DNA from: Candidatus Saccharimonadota bacterium
Lineage (GTDB): Bacteria > Patescibacteriota > Saccharimonadia > Saccharimonadales > UBA4665
DNA length: 32,000 nucleotides
Assembly: GCA_963718045.1 (NCBI GenBank)
Contig: OY970350.1
Span: forward strand, 180,001-212,000
Reading direction: 5' to 3'
Under the pieces are notes generated by a model. That model did not search any database and was not told the DNA's origin. It worked only from the letters and a program-made list of their open reading frames with translations. Shown piece by piece: positions 7,317 through 15,811 of the stretch. How positions within the stretch are numbered: the first letter of the stretch is position 1; each line of letters starts with the position of its first letter. The translations under genes were made by a program, and so were the position numbers.

Positions 7317-8615
7317 ATGATAGACATACAGCTAATTAGGGACAACAAAGAACGGGTCGCACAAAAGGCCAAAGAAAAAGGCTACGAAGTAGACGTTGAG
7401 TCTATTCTTCGTTTCGATAAAGAGCGAAAAGAACTGCTGGCTGAAGTAGAAGAATTAAGACGGCAAAGAAATAAACTAGCTGGTGAATCGAAAGGCCAGA
7501 AACCAACTGATGAAGTTTTAGGACGTGGCAAACAAATAAAGGACAAGTTACAAGAGAAGGAGCACCAGTTAGTAGGTACAGAACTTAATCTTGAGAAGTA
7601 CTTAAGGAAAGTTCCGAATATGCCAACTGACGATGTGCCGGTCGGATCTAGTGAAGATGAAAACCAGGTTGCCAAAGAAGTTGGTCAAAAGCCAGTCTTT
7701 AAATTTAAACCTAAAAATCACGCCCAAATTGCTGAAAACCGGGGCTGGCTGGACACCGCTAGGGCAGCAAAAGTTGCTGCCAGCCGGTTTGTTTATCTAA
7801 AAGGCGATTTAGTTAACTTGCAGTTCGCCATAATCCGGTTTGTGCTGGACACTTTAGGTGACCAAGAGGTAATTAAGAAAATACTGGCAGATAATAAATT
7901 AGATTTAAAACCTAAAACTTTTGTACCAGTGATACCGCCAGCTCTGATTAATACAGCCATATACGAAGCATCAGGCAGATTAAATGCCGAGGAAATGACA
8001 TATAAGATTGAGCACGATGACCTGTGGCTCAATGCATCGGCTGAGCACAGTTTATGTACGATGTACGCTAATGAAATTATCCCTGAAAGTGAGCTGCCTA
8101 TTAGATACGTCGGCTACAGCACTTCATTTAGAAGGGAAGCAGGCAGTTACGGTAAAGATATGGAGGGAATGTTTAGAAACCACCAGTTCGATAAACTGGA
8201 GATGGAAGTCTTTTCAACACCGGAAACCTCATTTAACGAACACCTTTTCCTTATCGCTATTGAGGAGTACTTAATGACCCAGCTGGAGCTTCCGTACCAG
8301 GTTTTGCTAAAATGCACGGCCGATATTGGCTTTCCTAATGCCCGCGGTGTAGATATTAATACCTGGCTTCCGGGTCAGGATAAGTACCGCGAAACTCACT
8401 CAGCAGATTACATAACTGATTTCCAGACCAGAAGACTTAAAACCAGGCTTAAACGAGCTGACGGCGGAATTGAGCTAATCCATACCAACGACGCCACGGC
8501 GTTTGCCCTAAGCCGAATACTTATTGCTATTATTGACAACAATCAGACGGAAGATGGCCACGTCAACATACCGAAAGTCTTACAAAAGTACATGGGCAAC
8601 GGCACAGTCATTTAA
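7317..8615 (+). CDS. serS: Serine--tRNA ligase
   Basis: 432 aa. An N-terminal coiled-coil tRNA-binding arm is followed by a class II core (…SAEHSLCTMY…, …FRREAGSYGKDMEGMFRNHQFDKLE…, …NDATAFALSRILIAIIDN…). Confidence 0.95.
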   Translation: MIDIQLIRDNKERVAQKAKEKGYEVDVESILRFDKERKELLAEVEELRRQRNKLAGESKGQKPTDEVLGRGKQIKDKLQEKEHQLVGTELNLEKYLRKVPNMPTDDVPVGSSEDENQVAKEVGQKPVFKFKPKNHAQIAENRGWLDTARAAKVAASRFVYLKGDLVNLQFAIIRFVLDTLGDQEVIKKILADNKLDLKPKTFVPVIPPALINTAIYEASGRLNAEEMTYKIEHDDLWLNASAEHSLCTMYANEIIPESELPIRYVGYSTSFRREAGSYGKDMEGMFRNHQFDKLEMEVFSTPETSFNEHLFLIAIEEYLMTQLELPYQVLLKCTADIGFPNARGVDINTWLPGQDKYRETHSADYITDFQTRRLKTRLKRADGGIELIHTNDATAFALSRILIAIIDNNQTEDGHVNIPKVLQKYMGNGTVI

Positions 8616-8636
8616 TAAACAGGAGCAAATGAAGTT

Positions 8637-8996
8637 ATGATTGAAAAACTAGATATTGAAGGCATTCATATGACTGTCGATGAAAATACCCGCAGGTATG
8701 TCGTTAAAAAACTCGGCCAAGTAGATAAATACCTGCCTAAAAAATCCCGGGAATCAGCCCAAATGGAAGTTTATATAAAGTCCGCTCAGCCTAAAAATAA
8801 TCAGTTTGCTTGCGAAGTACTACTGCATCTGCCTAAAGAGAATATAAACATTGAAGAATCAACCGTTAATATATTTGCCGCCATAGATATTGTCGAAGTT
8901 AAATTAAAGAGTCAGATCGAGAAATACAAAGAGAAACACGACACGGCCAAATTAATCCGTCACTTGACCTTTAGATTTGGTAAAAAAGCTGCTTAA
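8637..8996 (+). CDS. hpf: Ribosome hibernation promoting factor / RaiA family, short form
   Basis: 119 aa. The N-terminus …LDIEGIHMTVDENTRRYVVKKLGQVDKYLPK… is typical of the HPF/YfiA (sigma-54 modulation protein) fold. There is no long C-terminal dimerisation domain. Confidence 0.8.
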   Translation: MIEKLDIEGIHMTVDENTRRYVVKKLGQVDKYLPKKSRESAQMEVYIKSAQPKNNQFACEVLLHLPKENINIEESTVNIFAAIDIVEVKLKSQIEKYKEKHDTAKLIRHLTFRFGKKAA

Positions 8997-9079
8997 AAAT
9001 CAGTATAAGCAGGTATAATATTTAGCAATAGAACAGCCGGAGACTTTAACCGGAGGAAAATGGAAGTTATAAGCTTAAG

Positions 9080-11689
9080 ATGAATATTGTCGTTAAGAAA
9101 ATTCTTGGTGATCCCCAGGCTAGAACCCTGAAACGCCTTAGAAAGAAAATGGTAGCTATTAATGACCTGTCTTCAAAGTATCAAAAAATGACAGATAGCC
9201 AGCTTAAAACTCAAACGGACATATTAAAGAAAAGACTAAAGGACGAATCACTGGATGGTATTTTGCCTGATGCTTTTGCACTTGTCAGAGAAGTAGCCAC
9301 CAGGACGTTAGGCCAAAGACATTTCGATGTCCAGCTTATTGGCGGCATCGCTCTTCATGAAGGCAGTGTTGCTGAAATGAAGACTGGTGAAGGCAAGACC
9401 TTAGTTGCCACAATGCCGGTTTATCTCAACGCTCTCAGCGAAAAGGGAGTACACATTGTTACCGTCAACGATTTTCTAGCCCAAAGAGATGCCGGCTGGA
9501 TGGGCCAGATCTATGACTTCCTTGGTATGTCTACTGCCGTAATAATTGCCGACCAAAGCTTTATTTATGATCCAAGCTATTCTAACAAAGAGCACGATGA
9601 TGAAAGATTCAGGCACTTAAAACCGGCTACCAGGCAGGAAGCATATAACGCCGATATAACTTATGGCACAAATAACGAATTTGGTTTTGATTACCTAAGA
9701 GACAATATGGTCAGGGAAGTAGACCAATTAAGGCAGCGGGATCTTAACTTTGCCATCGTTGACGAGGTTGACTCAATTTTAATAGATGAAGCCAGAACGC
9801 CTCTTATTATTAGTGCCCCGAGTGCTACCAGCGGTTCGGCCTACAGCCAGTTTGCTAAAGTGGTCAGACAGCTAAAAAAAGATGAGCATTATGAGACTGA
9901 CGAAAAGCGAAAAACAGTTATTCTGACAGATAAAGGTATAGAAAAAGTTCAAAAGATATTAGGCCTTGAAAATCTATACGGCTCAGAAAATATACGAACA
10001 ATTTACCACTTGCAGCAGGCTTTAAAGGCCCATGCTTTGTTTCACCGTGATAAAGATTATGTGGTAACAAAGGACGGCGAAGTAGTTATTGTCGATGAGT
10101 TTACCGGAAGACTGCTGCCTGGAAGAAGATATAACGAAGGTCTTCACCAGGCGATTGAAGCTAAGGAAGATGTTGAAGTCCAGCAGGAAAGCATGACGCT
10201 AGCGACTATCTCTTTCCAAAACTATTTCCGTTTGTACGACAAACTATCCGGCATGACCGGCACAGCTGCAACTGAGGCTGAAGAATTCCACCAGATATAT
10301 AAACTGGAAGTCATTGAAATACCACCCAACAAACCAATTGTTAGAACCGATCGCCCAGATAGAATCTACCGATCTGAAATGGGCAAATTTAGTGCCGTAA
10401 TTAAGGAAGTTAAAAAACTTCATACCAAAGGTCAGCCGGTGTTACTGGGAACGGCATCAATTGAAAAAAACGAACTCTTAGGCAGCCTGCTATTAAAAGC
10501 AGGTATTCCTCACCAAGTATTAAATGCTAAAAACAATGAAAGGGAAGCAGCCACAATTGCCAATGCCGGCCAAAAAGGTGCGGTCACCCTAGCTACAAAC
10601 ATTGCCGGACGAGGTACAGATATTGTACTAGACGAAGAGGTTAGAACAGAACTAGGCGGACTGTTTGTTTTAGGCAGTGAAAGACATGAATCAAGACGAA
10701 TAGACAACCAGCTGAGAGGCAGATCAGGCCGTCAGGGGGATCCGGGTACGACCCAGTTCTTTGTCAGCACGGAAGACGAGCTTATGAGAGTCTTCGGCGG
10801 CGATAGAATAGCAGCTGTTATGGAGAGAATGAAAGTAGACGATGAGACTCCTATTGAGAACCGAATCATCTCAAAATCTTTAGAAGGTGCCCAGAAAAAG
10901 GTCGAAGGCTTCCATTTTGATCAGCGTAAAAATGTCGTTCAATACGATGATGTTATGAACCGGCACCGCCGGGCAACATATGCCATGCGCCGCGAGATTC
11001 TAAAAGCCGAAGACATATCTAAACGAATAAAAATATTCATTGACGAACAGATTACACTGCTGGCAAAATCGCCGGAAGTAACAACTGACCAATTCGAGGA
11101 CATCATAACTGAAATATTCCCCTTTGATGAACCCACCTTAGATCGCCTATTTGACGCCGATGCATCAAAGTTTATTGACGTCTTTAAAACAGAAGCTAAG
11201 GAGCTCTATGCTGCTCGGGAGCAAGCTTTTACTCCCGAAGTAATGCGTAAGGTAGAAAGAGAAGTCTATCTGCAGGTGCTGGACAATCTTTGGATGCAGC
11301 ACCTGGAAAACATGGACCACTTAAGAGAAGGTATTCACTGGATGGGCGTCGGTCAGCAGGATCCGTTAGTTGAATATAGACGAAGAGGCCAGTTGTTATT
11401 TGATGCTATGCAAAACAGCTTAAGGCATGACGTACTTAGGGCATTATTCCACGCCGAGCCATTGACCCAGGAACAGGTAGACAGAGCGATGGAGACAGAA
11501 CTAACAATTGCTGCTAGAAGCTCAGTCGAAAACGCTGGTCAAATTGTTGAAAACGAGAAAGAATTTGAAGAGAAAGACTTTGCTAAACCTACTCAAATAC
11601 CAAAGAAAAAACAATCCGAGAACATTAAAAAAGCCCGTAAAAGCGAACGCCAAAGAAAGACAGCAGCTAAAAAAAGGCGACATAAGTAA
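9080..11689 (+). CDS. secA: Preprotein translocase ATPase SecA
   Basis: 869 aa. Motifs include …AEMKTGEGKTLVATMP…, …DEVDSILIDEARTPLIIS…, …TNIAGRGTDI… and …LRGRSGRQGDPG…. The C-terminus is a Lys/Arg-rich tail without the Cys/His zinc motif. Confidence 0.97.
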   Translation: MNIVVKKILGDPQARTLKRLRKKMVAINDLSSKYQKMTDSQLKTQTDILKKRLKDESLDGILPDAFALVREVATRTLGQRHFDVQLIGGIALHEGSVAEMKTGEGKTLVATMPVYLNALSEKGVHIVTVNDFLAQRDAGWMGQIYDFLGMSTAVIIADQSFIYDPSYSNKEHDDERFRHLKPATRQEAYNADITYGTNNEFGFDYLRDNMVREVDQLRQRDLNFAIVDEVDSILIDEARTPLIISAPSATSGSAYSQFAKVVRQLKKDEHYETDEKRKTVILTDKGIEKVQKILGLENLYGSENIRTIYHLQQALKAHALFHRDKDYVVTKDGEVVIVDEFTGRLLPGRRYNEGLHQAIEAKEDVEVQQESMTLATISFQNYFRLYDKLSGMTGTAATEAEEFHQIYKLEVIEIPPNKPIVRTDRPDRIYRSEMGKFSAVIKEVKKLHTKGQPVLLGTASIEKNELLGSLLLKAGIPHQVLNAKNNEREAATIANAGQKGAVTLATNIAGRGTDIVLDEEVRTELGGLFVLGSERHESRRIDNQLRGRSGRQGDPGTTQFFVSTEDELMRVFGGDRIAAVMERMKVDDETPIENRIISKSLEGAQKKVEGFHFDQRKNVVQYDDVMNRHRRATYAMRREILKAEDISKRIKIFIDEQITLLAKSPEVTTDQFEDIITEIFPFDEPTLDRLFDADASKFIDVFKTEAKELYAAREQAFTPEVMRKVEREVYLQVLDNLWMQHLENMDHLREGIHWMGVGQQDPLVEYRRRGQLLFDAMQNSLRHDVLRALFHAEPLTQEQVDRAMETELTIAARSSVENAGQIVENEKEFEEKDFAKPTQIPKKKQSENIKKARKSERQRKTAAKKRRHK

Positions 11690-12973
11690 ATGAAGCATAC
11701 CGTCAGAGAGGTAAAACTCAAAAATGGCGCTAAAGGTTTAATTATTCATATTCCTGATGCTCTGGTTATGACTTATGACATTAACTTTCGGGCTGGTGAA
11801 TATTTAGTTAAGGAAGACAAATGGGAAGTGCCGCATCTTATGGAGCATGTACTGCTGGGAGCCAATGAGCTTATCCCAAAAGCCCGGGATTTCCATGCTG
11901 AATTAGAAAAGAACGGAGCATATTCAAATGCATCAACCGGAGTTTATGACATTATCTATGAAGCTGAATGTGCTGAGTTTGAATGGCTAAGGGTCTTAAA
12001 CCTTCTTCTAATATCTATTGCTAAACCCTTGTTCTTAGAGGACGAATTTAAAGCAGAGTTTGGCAATGTTCAGGAAGAAATGACGGCCCGGGCCAACAAT
12101 CACTTTAGAAGGCTATCGCTTGAGATGAGACAGGTAATTGGTTTTATTGCCAAAACTGATGCCGAAAGACTTAAACTGATGAAAAATGTAACCGTTGAAG
12201 ACGTTAGGGAGCACCACCGTAAAACCCACTTCACAACCAATATGCGCTTTGTTATGGCTGGTAACTTTACGCCGGCAAGAATGAAGGCCTTAATTTCTTG
12301 TCTTAGTAGTATAGAACTGCCAAAAGGCGAAAAACGATTTGCCTTGCCGGTAGAAAAACCCAAACTGCTTAAAAAGCCTTTATATATCCATAATCATACT
12401 GTCGAAAACTTGTATTTTTACATCGATACCTTTAAACACAGCCGTCTTAAAGATTCTGAAGCCGATGCCCTTAATCTGCTAAACACGTACTTAACAGAAA
12501 CTCTTTATTCTAAAATCTTAGGCACGGCTAGAGAGCGGGGATTAGTCTATGACATGAACTCTGGGCTGTCTCAGACAAAAGATGCCTCAAACTGGTGGTT
12601 TGGCGCCCAGGTTTCTGAAAAAAACTCCAAAGCGCTGGCCGATATCTTTATTAGCGAACTGTCTAAAGTTTGCCGGGATGATTTAAATCAAGATGACATT
12701 GATGCTACCAAGCAGTATTCTTTAGGCCGCTTCCAAAGATCTGCCCAAACCGTTGGTGCGACCGCCAATGGTTACAGTAACCGTTACTTTTTTGACGGTG
12801 TCATAGAAGACTATTACCGTATTCCAGAAAGAATAAAGTCTGTCAGTAAAGAAGACATGGTAAAAGTAGCTAACATGATGTTTGATGAAAAGCTTTGGCT
12901 CCTCGGCGTACTAGGCAACTGCGGCAGTGATGTAGTTGATGATCTATATAAACAACTATCTGTCCTCTGGTAG
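11690..12973 (+). CDS. M16 family (pitrilysin/insulinase-like) zinc peptidase
   Basis: 427 aa. The inverted zinc motif HxxEH is present as HLMEH near the N-terminus, and length is consistent with M16. The ATG immediately follows the secA stop (TAAATG). Confidence 0.75.
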   Translation: MKHTVREVKLKNGAKGLIIHIPDALVMTYDINFRAGEYLVKEDKWEVPHLMEHVLLGANELIPKARDFHAELEKNGAYSNASTGVYDIIYEAECAEFEWLRVLNLLLISIAKPLFLEDEFKAEFGNVQEEMTARANNHFRRLSLEMRQVIGFIAKTDAERLKLMKNVTVEDVREHHRKTHFTTNMRFVMAGNFTPARMKALISCLSSIELPKGEKRFALPVEKPKLLKKPLYIHNHTVENLYFYIDTFKHSRLKDSEADALNLLNTYLTETLYSKILGTARERGLVYDMNSGLSQTKDASNWWFGAQVSEKNSKALADIFISELSKVCRDDLNQDDIDATKQYSLGRFQRSAQTVGATANGYSNRYFFDGVIEDYYRIPERIKSVSKEDMVKVANMMFDEKLWLLGVLGNCGSDVVDDLYKQLSVLW

Positions 12974-12982
12974 GATTAAACT

Positions 12983-14068
12983 ATGGCAGATAACAAACTC
13001 GATGAGCTAGAAAAAGAATATCTGGCACTATCTAAAAAACTGAAGCTAGTTGAAGCCGGCAAAGAATTAGATGATTTAGTTAAACTCTCGGAAGAACCGG
13101 ATTTTTGGGCGGATAACCTTAAAGCCCAGAATACCATGAAGCGGATTGCTAAACTAAAAAACCGGCTGGAACCATGGCGGGAATTCAAAAAATCCCTTGA
13201 TGAACTTAAGGAACTGTCTGGCTTAAAAGACAAAGAGATGGAAGAAGAGATCTCTAGCCAGCTGGACGATTTAGAAAAGAAACTGACTGATTTAAGAGAA
13301 GAATTAAAACTATCTGGTATTTACGATGATCACGATGCAATATTGAACATCTACGCTGGGGCAGGCGGTACAGATGCTATGGATTGGGCCCAGATGTTAC
13401 TTAGAATGTATAACCGCTGGGCCGAAAAGAACGGCTACGTAATATCTTTACTTGATCAAACAGATGGTGAGGAAGCTGGTATTAAGAGTGTATCGCTAGA
13501 TGTTTCCGGACCGTTTGCATACGGAAAATTAAAAGGTGAAAGCGGTGTTCATAGATTAGTTAGATTAAGTCCCTTTAATGCCGATAACTTAAGACAAACT
13601 AGTTTTGCTAAAGTTGAAGTCTATCCCAAAATTGACCAGCCGGACGATGTTCTAATAGATCCCAAGGATCTAAAAGTGGATGTCTATAGAAGCAGCGGAC
13701 ACGGCGGCCAAAGTGTTAACACAACCGATTCAGCTGTCCGTATTACCCATCTGCCAACCAATATCTCCGTAGCCATTCAAAATGAACGTTCACAGCTCCA
13801 GAATAAGGAGCTGGCAATGACTATCCTTCGCTCCAGACTTGCCAGCATGCAGCTTGAACAGCATGCCGAAAAAATATCTTTACTTAAAGGACCTAATGTT
13901 TCTGCCGAGTGGGGCAATCAGATTAGATCATACGTCCTTCATCCATATAAACAGGTGAAGGATTTAAGAACTGGCTTTGAATCTGCCGAGCCGGATAAGA
14001 TTTTAGACGGTGAGATTAATGAAGTTATCGACTCCTACTTAGATTTTGCCGCTAATTTAGACGACTAA
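12983..14068 (+). CDS. prfB: Peptide chain release factor 2, encoded in a single frame
   Basis: The SPF tripeptide (…RLSPFNADN…) specifies RF2. The GGQ motif (…SSGHGGQSVN…) is present. One continuous 361-aa ORF. Confidence 0.95.
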   Translation: MADNKLDELEKEYLALSKKLKLVEAGKELDDLVKLSEEPDFWADNLKAQNTMKRIAKLKNRLEPWREFKKSLDELKELSGLKDKEMEEEISSQLDDLEKKLTDLREELKLSGIYDDHDAILNIYAGAGGTDAMDWAQMLLRMYNRWAEKNGYVISLLDQTDGEEAGIKSVSLDVSGPFAYGKLKGESGVHRLVRLSPFNADNLRQTSFAKVEVYPKIDQPDDVLIDPKDLKVDVYRSSGHGGQSVNTTDSAVRITHLPTNISVAIQNERSQLQNKELAMTILRSRLASMQLEQHAEKISLLKGPNVSAEWGNQIRSYVLHPYKQVKDLRTGFESAEPDKILDGEINEVIDSYLDFAANLDD

Positions 14069-14102
14069 TTTATCAAGGTTATTAACTACCCTAAAAGTCG
14101 GG

Positions 14103-14108
14103 TATAAT
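14103..14108 (+). promoter_or_regulatory. Putative -10 box (TATAAT) for ftsE. The implied transcript is leaderless or nearly so.
   Basis: A perfect TATAAT lies 8 nt upstream of the ftsE ATG (14117), with no SD between them. The -35 is weak. Confidence 0.4.
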
Positions 14109-14116
14109 ATATCAAG

Positions 14117-14800
14117 ATGATACTTCTCGACAGGGTAACAAAAACCTACTCTAAAGCTATGGGACCGGCTCTTAACCGAGTCAGTTTGCATATTGAACCC
14201 AAGGAATTTGTCATTGTTGTCGGTGAAAGCGGTGCCGGAAAGACCACCATGCTCAGACTATTAACCAGAGAAGAAGCGCCAACCTCAGGCAAGATAATTG
14301 TTGGCGGGATGGATTATGACAAGCTTCGTGACAGGGATATCCCGATGCTCAGACGTAAGATTGGTGTAGTATTCCAAGATTTTAAGCTTCTGCCCAATAA
14401 AAATGTTTATGAAAACGTCGCTTTTGCCCTGGAGATAGTAGGAGCTAGCGGCCATGAGATTAAAAACATGGTTCCAAGAGTGCTGGAGATAGTTAACCTC
14501 AGCAGTAAGACTAAAAATATGCCCTTAGAGCTAAGTGGTGGCGAAAGACAAAGGGTAGCTATAGCTAGGGCTATAGTCCGTCAGCCGAAGATACTGATCG
14601 CCGATGAGCCAACCGGAAATTTAGATCCTAAACATGCCTGGGAAATTATTAAGGTCCTAGAGAAAATTAACCGTTTCGGTACTACCGTTCTTCTAACTAC
14701 CCACAATGTAGCAGTCGTTAACAAGCTAAAAAGACGCGTAGTTACGTTAGAGCACGGGAAACTAGTTTCCGATAGGGCACATGCCAGCTATAAGCTTTAA
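14117..14800 (+). CDS. ftsE: Cell division ATP-binding protein FtsE
   Basis: ABC ATPase with Walker A (GESGAGKTT), signature (LSGGERQR) and Walker B (ILIADEPTGNLD). It is immediately followed by ftsX. Confidence 0.92.
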   Translation: MILLDRVTKTYSKAMGPALNRVSLHIEPKEFVIVVGESGAGKTTMLRLLTREEAPTSGKIIVGGMDYDKLRDRDIPMLRRKIGVVFQDFKLLPNKNVYENVAFALEIVGASGHEIKNMVPRVLEIVNLSSKTKNMPLELSGGERQRVAIARAIVRQPKILIADEPTGNLDPKHAWEIIKVLEKINRFGTTVLLTTHNVAVVNKLKRRVVTLEHGKLVSDRAHASYKL

Positions 14801-14833
14801 TGAGGGTTTTGAATAAATAATTTACTCAATAAT

Positions 14834-15784
14834 ATGAACATCAGAAGACAATTAACAACATTTTGGAGAATCATTCTAACTGGGGCAATTAACTTTATCC
14901 GCAACATGAGTATTGCCGTTGCAGCTATTGCCATTATGGTAGTCACTTTGACGGTCTTACTGCTGTCATTGATTATTAATACGACTTTCTCCAATACCAT
15001 ATCCCAGATAACCAATAAAATAGACATCTCTGTCTATCTAAAAGACAGCGATACGACAGTTCAAACCGACAGTTTAATAAAACAAATTAAGATCTTACCG
15101 AATGTTGCTTCTGTCCAGTATCTGGATAAGGCCCAAGTTCTAAAACAGTATGAAGCACAAAACGCTGGAAACCAGCAACTAGCCCTAGCTATTAGTGAAA
15201 CGTCTAATCCTTTGCCGGCAACAATACACATCAGGCCAAAGAATTTAAACAAAATATCTAGCATAAAAACATTTTTAGTTCAGCCGAACATTATGGCCCT
15301 GCAGTCGAACCCGCCTTCATACTCCGGGAGCTTGGAACAGGCGATTAATAACATAACGCATGCTACTAACATACTAAAAAAGCTAGGCATTATTGCCGTC
15401 ATTATCTTCGCTGTAATTTGCGTCTTAATTATCTTTAATACGCTTCAAATGGCTATTTTTAACCGCCGTGACGAGATCGGTATCATGAGACTTCTAGGAG
15501 CTAACAAAACCTACATTAGGGGCCCGTTTATTGTTGAAAGTGCGATTTACGGACTTCTAGCGGCTGTTATTTCAATAGTCATAATTAACTTTATTTTTGT
15601 TACTGCCAGCTCAACACTTCAGGCCACCACCTTAGGTTTACTAGATATCGGTTATGCTACCACCTATTTTGATAATCATTTCTGGCTGTTTTTGACTTTC
15701 CAGATCCTAATCGGCATAATAATTGGAGCCGCATCAGCGACAATAGCGACCAGGCGGTACCTAAAATTCAAGCTTAAAAAGTAG
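14834..15784 (+). CDS. ftsX: Cell division permease-like protein FtsX
   Basis: 316 aa. The order is TM1, a large extracytoplasmic loop, then three C-terminal TM helices (FtsX topology). It is located downstream of ftsE. Confidence 0.88.
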   Translation: MNIRRQLTTFWRIILTGAINFIRNMSIAVAAIAIMVVTLTVLLLSLIINTTFSNTISQITNKIDISVYLKDSDTTVQTDSLIKQIKILPNVASVQYLDKAQVLKQYEAQNAGNQQLALAISETSNPLPATIHIRPKNLNKISSIKTFLVQPNIMALQSNPPSYSGSLEQAINNITHATNILKKLGIIAVIIFAVICVLIIFNTLQMAIFNRRDEIGIMRLLGANKTYIRGPFIVESAIYGLLAAVISIVIINFIFVTASSTLQATTLGLLDIGYATTYFDNHFWLFLTFQILIGIIIGAASATIATRRYLKFKLKK

Positions 15785-15811
15785 ATTTAACTTTAAGGGG
15801 TGAGGATATTA

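Noticed and set aside
12983-13100. Programmed +1 frameshift site (CUU UGA C) expected in many prfB genes
   Set aside because: The RF2 ORF is continuous from ATG 12983 through the SPF and GGQ motifs, with no in-frame TGA. The N-terminal region up to the conserved …EPDFW… is encoded in the same frame. This is the non-autoregulated form found in a minority of bacteria and is not an anomaly.
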